Assembly (NCBI RefSeq): GCF_009914755.1
Contig: NC_060948.1
Reading direction: 5' to 3' (one strand)
DNA length: 64,000 nucleotides
Origin: the human T2T-CHM13v2.0 reference genome, Homo sapiens
How positions within the stretch are numbered: the stretch's first letter is position 1; every line of letters starts with the position of its first letter. The notes under the pieces were generated by a model. That model searched no databases. It was not told where the DNA came from and was given only the letters and a program-made list of their open reading frames with translations. Shown in pieces: positions 47,760 through 59,359 of this stretch. The translations under genes and the position numbers were made by a program.

Positions 47760-48640
47760 TACTGAATGGGGATGAAGGTTGGGTATGGCTACTTATACAG
47801 TTTCTATCATTTTTGGAGGAGCATTATGTCCTGTAAGGTGCTGTGTATGAAGGCTTTGATCCAGTCCTGCAAGAGCTGGATTAGGAGGCATAAAAGACAG
47901 GGTCCGAAAGCTAGCAGGAGAAACAGCCCTATTGTGGGGCCAAGAAGAGGCAATAGCCAGGGTGCCCAGGAGTATTGTAGCCATTGAAGCCAGTTAGAAT
48001 GGTTATTTTGGAGTTTTTGAGCTTGGTCTTTGAGTTTTTTGACAGCATTTTGAACTACCCCAGACTTACTGAGGTAGAAACAACACTGTTCATCGAGAAA
48101 GAGACATACCTCTTTTTTCAGGTGTGAGGAGATCTAGCCTCTGGGGTTCTATAGGGTTACTGCAGCCAGGGAATCTAAATAGTTTTGTAAATGAGTGATG
48201 GAATTAGCAATTTTTTTCTAGAGTGGATTGGAGATCTTAAGAAAGTGTCCGAAAGTATGACAATGATGTTCCTAGGATTCCTGCTCTTAACCTGACCGTA
48301 GCTGTAGCTCCAAGTGCAGCTAATAAGGGAATGGACTGTATTGCTTTTTTGGGGCCGGCATGAAGCATGGCAGGGACAGGGAGGTCTTGGTCTGGGGGAA
48401 CAATGTTAATGGTGGGGGTAAATTAGGGTGCAAGTACCTGTCCAATTGGTAGGGAGACAAAAGTAGGTTGTAGATCCAAAGAAGAAGAAGACGCCTGAGA
48501 TGTTAATATAAACAGATGAGTGGATTGAGAATAGGTGTTGGAGTGTGTAAGTTCCTTATTTGGAGGGGCTTGGTTCAGCTTTGGCAATGGACTTGGAAGA
48601 GGAGTCGTTAATAGGAGAGATATTAGGGAAATGAAGTTGC
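47760..48640 (-). pseudogene. env remnant (end of SU plus TM) of the HERV-F-like provirus
   Basis: RPQKAIQSIPLLAALG fusion-peptide region, LDSLAAVTL*NPRGLDLLT, CX6CC, and hydrophobic anchor LLAPTIGLFLLLAFG. Confidence 0.8.
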
Positions 48641-51600
48641 AGGTGATTAAGGATATTGGTACAGGAGTTGGTGGGAGGCGAGGAAGATACTGGGAGTAGA
48701 TGCAGGGTTGAGGGGAGTGCTTTTGGAAAGGTAGAACTCAGGGTTTTTAAGAAACAGAGCATGGAGTAGTTGGATATAGGATGGAGAAAGGACACTGAGC
48801 ACTTTGCAAGAGAGTATGTCTTGTAGGTTATGTGGGCTGTGGATGGTGGTGTGTTGACCAAATGTTACGTTGTTTTGCTTTTTAATGCCAGGGTGGTGGC
48901 TGCCGCTAGGGCTCTGAGGCAAGTTGGCCATCTTTTGGTGGTACACTCTAGTTGTTTAGAAAGATAGGCTACAGGAGCAAAGGAAGGAAGATTTCCCTTT
49001 TGTTGGCCAAGAACACTGAGGGCTATTTCTTGGCGTTTGGCTGTAATAGATAATGAAGGGCTGATGGAATTGCTAATTCCATCACTCATTTACAAAACCA
49101 TTTAGATTCCCTGGCTGCAGTAACCCTACAGAACCCCAGAGGCTAGACCTCATCACACCTGAGAAATGTTTGGCAGAGATAGAGTAGGGGTGGTTACAAG
49201 AGTAGCTTTATGTTTGTGGAAGCTAGGGATTATGTTGTGGGAAGGATTTGGAGGCTCATTTAAAGGGCCTTTGGCTGCTTGATAAAGGGGTGGGCTAACA
49301 GGGCAAAGTTGGGAATTTATATTTTGAAGAAGCCTGCTAACCCCCAAAAGGAAAGGATTTTATTTTTAGAGGCGGATAGAGGCAGGCTATCTATTAAGGC
49401 TGCCCACGCTGGGGTCATGGCTTGGGCCCTGGGTGAAAGTTGGATTCCTAAATATGTTACTGTTGGGGAGGAGAGTTGTGCTTTGGAAGGAGAAACCTTA
49501 TATCCTTTATTAGCAAGAAAACTTAGTAGAATGAGATAGTGTGATTCTGAGTTTTCTTTGGGGAAGGACTACAGAGAAGGAGGTCATTTACATAGTGAAG
49601 GAGCTGACTAGGGGAGAGGTTTAGGGAGGTGAGGTTTTGAGCTACAGCTTATCTAAAGAAAGGAGGATTGTCTCTAAAGCCTTGAGGAAGGACTGTCTAA
49701 GTAAGTTGTTGTGACGAGGGTTTTAGGGTCAGGCCAGGTGAAGGCAAAGAGATCTTGGGAGTCAAGGTGAAGGGGAATGGTAAAGAAGGCATTTTTTAGA
49801 TCAATTGTAATGTAGTGGGTTGTGTTGGGAGCAACAAGGGAAAGAAGTGTGTAGAGATTAGGAACTACTGGATGGATGGTTAGGACTGCCTGATTAATAG
49901 ATTGGAGGTCTTGGACTAGTTGATAACAGCCATCTGTCTTTTTGACAGGGAGTATGAGAGTATTACATGGAAAATGGGTTGGTTTGAGGAGGCTGCACAA
50001 GAGGAGTTTGCTTATGATGGGTTGTAGGCCCCTCTGATGAATCAGTGAGATAGGATATTGAGGGACATTGAGAAAGTTAGAAGGGTCATTTAAGTGGATT
50101 TTAATGGGGTCATGGTAAGCAGCTAGGGCAGTGTGCTACACTACTGGGATAATGAGAGAGGTGGAAAGTGGGTGCTGGGGAGAGGGGTCAGGGGCCGGAC
50201 TAATGGAGAGGAGCAGGAGGGACTCTGGTTGAGGGAGCCAGGAAAATGAGATAGAAGCCTTGAATTTGGCTAAAAGGTCTCAGTCTAGAATGGGGGTAGG
50301 ACAATGAGGCATGATAAGGAAAGAGTGAGAAAAAACAATATTAAATAAGGAAAAAGCAAGAAGTCTAGTGGCACGTGTACATGAGAGGAGTCCATTAACT
50401 CCCACAACTGAGACCTGAGAGGGATGAGTTGGTCCCGAAAATTCAGGCAAAGCCAGGTAGGTGGCCTCGGTATTGATTTAAAAAAAAGATTGGCTTACCT
50501 GCTACTAGTAGAGTTACCCTGGGCTCCAATGCAGTGATAGCAGATGGGGCTGAAGGCCCTGGGCCTCATCAACCATCAGCAGCTAGGCCAAGGAGCTGTG
50601 GGAGTGCAAGCAATTCATTGTCATTTTTCTTGCCGAAGGCAGGGTATCTTGGGGTGCCGGCTTTTTTTCTTTCTGTAGGGAGGACAGTCAGACTTCCAGT
50701 AGCCTGTCTCCTGGCGGACTGGGCAAGGGCCTTTTGGCACCCTCGGGTTAGGACATGCCCGCACCCAGTGGCCTTTTTTACTGCACTTAAAACAAGGCCC
50801 AGGAGGGTTAATGCTATCAGGTCTTTTGTGCCCTTGGGTGGTATGGATGGGTTGGTGGATAACAGCTACTAGAAGGTGGTATGTAGCACTATCTCTTTAG
50901 GCTTTATCTAATTTATTTTGCTCATCCCTGTTATTGAAGACTTTAAATGCCAGGTTAAGGAGGTCTTGTTCTGGGGTTTGAGAGGCCATCTTCAACTTTT
51001 TTAAGTTTGCGCCAGATGTTGGGGGCAATTGGGAGATAAAATGGGTATTAAGAACAATAGTTTTTTCCCAAAAGGCAGGATCAATGCGGGTATATTTTTG
51101 GAGAGCCTCTGTAAGGTGGGAAAGGAATTCAGCAGGGTTTTTATCTGCTTTTGGGGAAAGTTTTTGGAGATTTTTTTTTGTTTTGTTTTTGTTTTTTAAT
51201 TTACAGCCTTATGGGCAGCTTTGTTAAGGCCTGCAATGAGGCAAGTAGTCAGATGAGTACGGGACACCCAGCTGGGTTCTGTGGGTTGCTACTCTTAGGA
51301 AGGCACTTTCTGGGGAACTGCAGTGGCTCCTATGGGCTTAGTAGGATCTTGCCAGTGGATGTCATTGGCATGTGCCTGGGTGGCAAGCCACACTCTTTCA
51401 CTTCCAGAAGAAGGGTAGAAGAGAGGATAATATAGAGATTGTGCTAAGTAGGTTCATAAGACTGGGAGAGATATTTAAATTCTTTGATATAAGTATTGGG
51501 ATTGGAGGAGAAAGACAAGAGACTTTTTTATGTGGGAGAGATTAGAGAGAGAGAAGGGAACATGAACATGGATGATCCCTTTGGCTTCTTCCACCTCTTG

Positions 51601-52648
51601 AAGGGGTAGCAAGGGGGCTGGAGGAGGGATATATTAGGCTTGGGAGCAGGTGAGGTTTGGAGATGGAGATGTTTTAGAGTCAGAGGCAGGGTGGCTGGAA
51701 AGAGGAGGGGAAAGAGATAGGGGCATATGGAGGGGGGTCATGATGTTTTAGTGGAGGGACATGAGGTTGCTGGGGAGGAGGGAAATCGGCAGGATCAAAG
51801 GATGAGGAATCATTGGCTGGGGCAGTAAAGTGAGTGACTGCGGATAAATCATATTTGGAGCAGGCAAGAAGGATTTGAAAAGTAGAGCAGGACTGGCAAA
51901 GGGAAGGGCGGCTACAGACAGTGAAGAAGGCCTGAACATAACGAATCTTAGACCATTTCCCATTGCGATGGCAAAAATTGTCTAGGTCCCTGAGTATATT
52001 GAAATTGAAAGTACCATTTTCAGATCATTGAGAGCCATTATCTAATTTATATTGTGGCCAAGCCGTATTAGAGGAGAAAATAAACCTCTTGGGACAAACC
52101 TCTGAACAGAGGCCAAGCATGTTAAAGTTGTACAGGAGGCACCCCGGGGGGTAGTTTTAGATGGAGTAGACTAAGAGGCTCCTATAGCAAATAGAGGAGG
52201 GCATAGAGGAAGAAGAGGCTGCTGGTGGCAAGGACAGTGGGAGAGGATGCCCCCAGTCCCGTGGGACTTGTTCAGTATAAGGAAGGCAACCACTGAGTTA
52301 GGTGTCCCTGAAATGGGAGAGCTGGAGGCCTAGAGGCCAGAGGGAGCCCTTGGCCCACTGCTGGGTCTTTCAGGAAGACACAGATGGCAAGTGTCCAGGG
52401 TAAATGGCAAGAGTCTCTCTTACTCACACCCGTGTAGACTCTAATAATGAATGAAGTCACCAGCAATGGGGGGGTCCGAGAAATCCTTCAGGTATTCAGC
52501 TGGTTCAGGAAGGGGAGGGTGGCCAGGAGAAGAGGAAAGGCACTGAGGCTATAGCATGCTGCAATGGACCAGCCCAGGAGGAGAGAAAGGGTGCAAGAGA
52601 CGGTAAAGGAAAGAGCCCTTTTAGGATTCCCAGCCAGAGCCTACCCCT

Positions 52649-52666
52649 TCCCGGGTTTCAGCACCA
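52649..52666 (-). other. Primer-binding site, tRNA-Phe
   Basis: Minus strand tggtgctgaaacccggga vs TGGTGCCGAAACCCGGGA; one mismatch. Confidence 0.9.
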
Positions 52667-53130
52667 AAATTTAAGGTTAACCGAGAGAAAGAATGAGTAG
52701 ACCCAAAGTCAGGCAAGCAAGTTTTAATAACCTTCTGGGCTGCTCCACAGTAAACAGAGGAGGCAGCCCCAAGCTCACATGCTAGGGTGGGTTTTATGGG
52801 GGTTGACTGTGGAGGCTGGAATGGCATACATTCTGAGTAAAACCACATCCTGGAATTGTTTTGCTAAATTGTAACAGTGCTACATTATTTCTAGCTCCCG
52901 TTACATAACATCTAAACGAAATGGATCCCTTTGCAGGATCCATTTCTTCCCTTTGCAGGAACAGGGGGCTAAGTTTCACCTAACAAGATATTTCAGTCTC
53001 TTCCACCTTTTTTGTTACTGTGAATAATGCTGCTATAAACATTACTGTGCGTGCGTACACTGTAAGTCCTTGCTTTCAGCTCTTTTGTGTATATGCCTAA
53101 GAGAAAAATTGTAAACCATATTTTTTTTGA

Positions 53131-53412
<282 letters not shown>

Positions 53413-53576
53413 AACAGTATAGTATGTCTATGCTTAACATTTTGAGGAGCTCTCAAAATGTTTCCTATAGGGCTGTATCATTTTACCTTCTGGCAAGCAA
53501 TGAAGAAGCATTCTGATTTCTCCATATCCTAACTAGCAATTGTTTTTTCTGTTTGTTTGGTGCTATTGTGTGCTAG

Positions 53577-54113
53577 TGTGTCCAGAGTTTGTTCCTGCTG
53601 GTGGGTTTGTGGTCTCACTGACTTCAAGAATGAAGCCACAGACCTTCATGGTGAGTGTTATAGCTCTTAAAGGTAGCACAGACCCAAAGAGTGAGCAGCA
53701 GCAAGATTTACTGTGAAGAGCAAAAGAACAAATCTTCCACAGTGTGGAAGGGAACCTGAGCAGATTGCTGCTGCTGGCTGGGGTGGCCAGCTTTAATTCC
53801 CTTATTTGTCCCCCCCCATGTTCTGTTTCTGTCCTATCAGAGTGCACTTTTTTCAATCCATCCCATGACTGGCTACATTTAGACTCCTGCTGATTGGTGC
53901 ATTTTACAGAGTGCTGATTGGTGCATTTTACAATCCTCTTGCTAGCTACAGAGCACTGATTGGTGCATTTTTACAGAGCACTGATTGGTGCATTTTACAA
54001 TCTTCTTGCTAGCTACAGAGCACTGATTGGTGCATTTTACAATCCTCTTGTAAGACAGAAAAGTTCTCCAAGTCCCCATTCGACCCAGGGAGTCCAGCTG
54101 GCTTCACCTCTCA
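53577..54113 (-). promoter_or_regulatory. ERV9 3' LTR (LTR12 family)
   Basis: Minus strand starts 'tgagaggtgaagccagctggact'; repeated 'ctgattggtgcatttt' (CCAAT/NF-Y boxes); polypurine tract adjacent. Confidence 0.92.
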
Positions 54114-54169
54114 ATGTCCCCTCTAGACAGGACACCCCAACTGCTGTTGGGAATTGAGCGATGACCACT

Positions 54170-55956
54170 CTAGCTACTTCCTGCTGGATAGAGCTGAAGA
54201 AGGGGCCCTGCAGTTGTAGTGACCTCCAGAGGAGAAAGCTCTAGGCCAGTCAAAGGGCCAGTGGGTTGGTCCAGGGTTCTTTGGTAGAAGTTGTGAGTTG
54301 AGCTCATTTGGGGTTCCATTTGTAAGACCATCTGTAGCCAGATGGTCTCAATCCTGGAGGAAACAAATTTGACAAGCTTAAAAATACTGGGCCAGAAGGC
54401 GAGTAATAGCAAGATGACTGTCACGGGACCTAGAAAGAGGAGAAGCCATGTCACACAACTCCAGAGGTTGGTATAAGAGTTTGAAAGGCATTGTCTTATT
54501 TCAGAAGCCTTTCCTGTGAATGCTGGGACGTGTCTCTTACTATCCCTGACTGGTTAGTGTAAAAACAACACTCTTCCCCTATGAAGGTGCAGAGTCCTCC
54601 TCTCTCAGCAGTGAGGAGCTCTAGGCCTCAGTGGTTTTAGAGAGTCACTGTTGCCGAAGAGTCTATTTGGGATTGTAGAGTAAGGATAGATTGTTATTTC
54701 TTGCAAACTGTCTGAGAAATCCTTTGAAAGTGTGTGGTAGTAGGATAGTGAAGTGGAAAAACCTGCTATTCGGGTTCCTGTAGCAGTGGTCACTCCTAAC
54801 CCTGTAAGTAGGGATATTAGTTGTATGGCCCTGCACTGACAGACTTGAGCTTTGATAGGGTCTGATTTCCTGTTGTCAATGTTGGGACTTAGGAAGACTA
54901 AGGTGTAGGTGCCTGTCCAGTTGGTTTGAAGGAAGATATAAGTTGAAGTTCCACATAAGAAGAATATGCCTTTGTTGGGTAGACAGAACTGGTTGTGTAT
55001 ATTAAAAACGTATGTGAGTTTGTTGTTTTCATTTTCCCATACTCCTAGAGTCCTTGCCAAGGTAGCTCTGGTGAGTGGCTGGGAAGGGGTGTTGGGAGCA
55101 AATTGAGTGGCTCCTTGGGTTCTATTTTCCAGTTGGAGAAAAAACTATTTTGTGTCTACTAGGAACCATTCAAGGGAGTAATTGAAAGAGGGGATGGAGT
55201 GGTGGAGGCGCTCCTGCAGGGGGTCCAGGGGTGAATGGTCATGCAGGGAATATGTTTGCCATGATAAAACCCAAAAAGTTTGTTAAGTAGGGAGGAAGTA
55301 ATGATTTTTGGAGGCCCTGAGAAGCAGACAACCTATCTGAATGGAGCTGTTTGGGTGACTCAGAAGTTACTATGATCAGTTGGGGCTTGAAGTTATAGGG
55401 TGTAATTACACTGATGGGATATTAGGTGCCCCAGGGGCAGGCCTGATAACAGGTTGTGTTGGATGCATAAAGGGTCTTGGAAAGTTAAGACAGCATTCAT
55501 GGTTACAGGACTGTGACTGAGCTTTTCATTGCTCGTGTAATAGGTGAGGTTGGAAATGTAAGAGCAAAGAAGTTGAACTGCACGTCCTGTTAGCGTTTTC
55601 TTGGTCCTATCAGAGATGGGGAAATTGGCTAATGATTGTGTATTTGGAAGCTGGAAAGGGTCTTTTCGGTCATAACAGGGGTGGTAGGTTAAGTTAGTAA
55701 AGACCCAGTTTTTTGCGAGAACGAGAGTGACAACGTAAGCAGTGGCTGATAGAGAGGTATAAAGCCAACAGTCATTTGCCAGGGAAGGATTGGACTAGCT
55801 TAACAGAGAATGGGTTAAGTTGAGAGTCTTGTAGAGGTAATTAGGAGCTAGTGAAAGCAGAGGGGTGACTATATGGGGTATCCAAGGAAGCAGGAGCAAT
55901 AGATAGGCAAAGAGTAAGTAGGAAGGTAAAGAGGGTGCCCTGGAAGATGAGTTCAT
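54170..55956 (-). pseudogene. ERV9 env, disrupted
   Basis: ATG 55956 MNSSSRAPSLPSYLLFAYLLLLLPWIP (signal peptide); FLCGTSTY; GLELLTAERGGLCTFIGEECCFY; tail ...LQMVLQMEPQM...YPAGSS*. Confidence 0.88.
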
Positions 55957-55971
55957 TTTATCCAGTCTGAG

Positions 55972-56133
55972 TTAAAGGTAGGAGTAAATTGCTGTCAGAA
56001 AGAAGGATGCTAGAATAAAGGTTGATGTGATTATGATTTTCATCCTGACAGGAGCCACAGTGTATAGTCCTACTGCAAAGAGTATGATTAGTATATTGCT
56101 TAATAATGTGGTGAAACAGTAAAAGGATTCCAT
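55972..56133 (-). CDS. Candidate 53-aa hydrophobic accessory ORF between ERV9 pol and env
   Basis: Hand translation: MESFYCFTTLLSNILIILFAVGLYTVAPVRMKIIITSTFILASFFLTAIYSYL*. ATG-to-TAA intact; coding status unproven. Confidence 0.35.
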   Translation of the reverse strand: MESFYCFTTLLSNILIILFAVGLYTVAPVRMKIIITSTFILASFFLTAIYSYL

Positions 56134-56198
56134 TGAAGGGGCAAGCAGAGATGTTAAAGATTATGTAGGTTTTCACTTATCTTTTTTCATTTGTTTTT

Positions 56199-59100
56199 TT
56201 AAGTAGGAAGGGGTTTTTCCTCAGGATCAGTTGTAGGAGCCTTTTTAGTCTGGGATGTGTCCTTCTGAAATAGGAGATGCAAGTCCTCCAATGGCTCACA
56301 GGTATATCGAGGATGGTCTGGATGATCTTGGGACTCCAGAGAGTAGGCTATGGAGATGAGTTTCTTGTGTTAGTTTCCTTCAGTGCCTCTTGAGTGTTTC
56401 ATTTGCCTTCTCAACCTTCCCTGAAGAATGCGGCCTCCAGGTGCAGTGAAGGTGATATTGTATCCCTAGTGCCCTGGAAATTCCCTGAGTTATCATGGCT
56501 TTGAAAGCCAGACTATTGTCATTTTGTAAGCTTTGTGGAAGCCCAAATCTAGTAGTTATTTCATGAATTAGGACTTTAACCACTTCCTGAGCCTTCTCTG
56601 TCTTGCAGGGGACAGCTTCTATCCAATTTGTCAAGGTATCAACACAGACCAACAAGTATTGAAATCCTTTTGACTTAGGCATATGGGTGAAGTCTAACTG
56701 CCACTCCTCTCTGGGATAGTGCCCTGTTCTTTGTTCCCCTATAGGGGCCTTATGATGGACCAAGGGATTATTCATTTGGCACACCTCACAGGCTTTGACT
56801 TCTTGTTGGACCCCCCAGAGGAGATTTGGCCCTGTAAATAGAGATTTGGGCATTTGATGAGTGTTCTCAATACTCACATGAAAAGTTTGGTGGAGGTACT
56901 TCAGTATTTTCCACTGGCTGGCTTCTGGTATAAGTACCTTTCCCTCTTCTGTTGTTAACCACCCTGAGGGGAGAAAACTATGCCCCCATGAAAGTCCCCA
57001 TTCTGTTTCAATTGGGGAATACTGGGGCTTAATCTCTTGGAGAGGGTTGTCCCATATCAAGGGAAATTCCATAGGTATTTCTAATGGGAGCTTCTGCCTG
57101 GCAGCAATTTTGGCCTCAGCATCTGCCTGACAGTTTCCTTCTGCCTTTTCTCTTTCACCTTTTTGATGGCTTCAGCAGTGTAAGACTGCCACCTCTTTGG
57201 GTTTTTGCACCGTATGCCATAACTCCATGATTTCCTTGTGGTATTTAATGGGGTTTCCCCCAGAGACTAGGAACTCCCTTTCTTTCCACATTGCAGCATG
57301 GGCATGTAGGATTAGATAACCATACTTGCTATCTGTACACACATTTATTCTTTTTTCCTTTCCCAGCTCTAAGGCTCATGTAAGTGCCACTAGTTCTGCT
57401 AACTGGGTGCTGGTCCCTGGTGAAAAAGTCTTACTTTCAAGTACTGTTACATCACTAACTATGGCATAACCTGCCTTTCATATCTCATTCTCCACAAATG
57501 AACTTCCACCAGTATATAGGTTAAGGTCAGGATTAGCTAAGGGGACTTCTAAGGATCCTTTCAGGCAGTATAAGTCTGGGTTACAATTTGTTGGCAGTCA
57601 TGCTCAATTGGTTCCCTATCGTCTGGGAGAAAAGAGTTAGGGTTGAGGACTGTACACGTGTGTATTTGGAGCACAGGTCCCTGAAGGAGTAGCACCTGGT
57701 ATCTAAGCAGGTGGTTGTCTGATAGCCATAAACTTCCTTTGGCACCTAGTATGCCATTTACATCATGAGTAGTCCAGACAGTGAGATCCTTTCCTTATAT
57801 TATTTTGATAGCCTCTAATACTAAGATGGCCACCACCGCAACTACCCATAAATAGGCTGGCCTTTTGCTACTATATCAGTTACCTTACTTAGGTATGCCA
57901 CTGGTTGTGGGATTGTCCCATGAGTCTGAGTAAGGACTCCAAGAGCTATTCCCACTCTCTTTGTGATGTATAAAGAGAAGTTTTGTTCTGTGGGAAGGCT
58001 TAAGGCTGGAGCTTGTCCTAGGGCCTGCTTCAAGGTTTTGAAGGCTGTTTCTGCCTCTGGTTCCCATTCTAGTAGATGAGTATTGGCCCTCTGGGTCATG
58101 TTGATTATTAGAGTATTGAGTGGCCTGGCCATCTCTCTGTATCTGGGGATTCATACTTGGCAAAAGCTGGTGATTCCAAGGAACCACCACAATCGTTTTA
58201 ATGTCTTACAGCAAGGATAAGCCAGTATAGGCTGTATTTGTTCCTTGCTGAGGGCCCTGGTTCCTCTGGCTAAGAATAGGCCTATATATGTGACTTGTTG
58301 TAGGCAGAGCTGGGCCTTCAATTTAGATGCCTTGTACACTGGATTAACTAGAAAGTTCAAGAGATCTAGAGTAGCCTGCTGGCATGAGGCTTTCGAACTG
58401 GTAGCAAAAAGAAAATCATCCACATACTGAAGGACCAGAGCACCTGGACTTGAGAAGTGGCCTAGATCTTGGGCCAGTGCCTGATCAAACAGATGAGGGC
58501 TATCCCTAAACCCTGGAGGCAAGACCATCCATGTAATTTGGGATGTGTTGTCTGTGGGATCCTCAAAGGCAAAAAGAAACTGGGAGTCAGAGTGCAGGGG
58601 AATGCAGAAGAAGGCATCCTTGAAGTCCAGAACAGTGAGCCATTCTGCTTCCTCTGGTATTTGAGAGAGCAAGGTATAGCACTTGGGTACAACTGGATAT
58701 AGAGGAGTTACTGCCTCACTGATGAGTCTAAGATCTTGCATTAGTCTCCACAGACCGTTTGTTTTTTGTACTCCTAGAATTGGGGTGTTGCAGGGACTGC
58801 TGCATTTCCTTACTAAGCCTTGAGCTTTTAAATGTGTAACACTATCCTGTAATCCTTTATAAGCTTCATGTCTTAAGAGATATTGCCTTTGATAAGGAAG
58901 TGTTGGAGTCTTTTAGCCTGATTTGGACTGGGTGGGCAATTTTGCCCTTCCAAATTGTCCTTCCATTGCCCAGACTTCAGGATTGATTCCCCCCTCAATT
59001 AGAGGACAACAAATGGGTAACTTCTTCCCCATATTCATGTAGATAATAGCTCCAGCTTTGGCTAATATATCCCTCCCTAATAAGGGTGTGGGACTTTCAG

Positions 59101-59359
59101 GCATAACAAGAAAGACATGTGAAAAGAGCAGAGTCTCCCAATTACAACTGCGGATGTGGGAGAAATACATGGTTAGAGGATCTCCCAGGATTCCTTGGAT
59201 GGTAACGGACCTTTAGGACAGCCGTCCAGGGTGGAGATTAACACTGAGAAAGCTGCACCCAGTGTCCAGGAGGAAATCAATTTCCTGGCTCTCAATGGTT
59301 AAACTTGCCCAGAGTTCAGTGATGGTGATGACATTAGCTGGCGCTTGCCCTGGGCACCC
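56199..59359 (-). pseudogene. ERV9 pro-pol, disrupted, with an integrase deletion near 56340
   Basis: FLLDTG protease; LDFKDAFF, LPPGF and LQYVDD (58151-58741); integrase HQTFH/CEVC, DFTHMP, KVEKAN (56380-57072); C-terminus YTCEPLEDLHLLF...PLPT*. Confidence 0.92.

Larger units (their letters stand above)
47406..52985 (-). mobile_element. HERV-F-group (possibly Fc-like) provirus, internally deleted
   Basis: LTRs at 47406-47706 and ~52670-52985; 5-bp TSD 'agata' (47401-05 and 52986-90); Phe PBS. Two gag zinc-knuckle remnants, protease INTEATY, RT VQDL/IDLKNAFF/YVND, env TM CLFLDEQCC. Confidence 0.88.

Noticed and set aside
53880-54050. Regularly spaced repeats resembling a CRISPR array (also 62300-62500)
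   Set aside because: These are LTR12 U3 CCAAT tandem repeats with no unique spacers and no cas genes, in eukaryotic DNA.
55958-56176. 72-aa track ORF in the ERV9 pol-env gap
   Set aside because: Starts at GTG with no recognisable features; the overlapping ATG-initiated hydrophobic frame is the better candidate.
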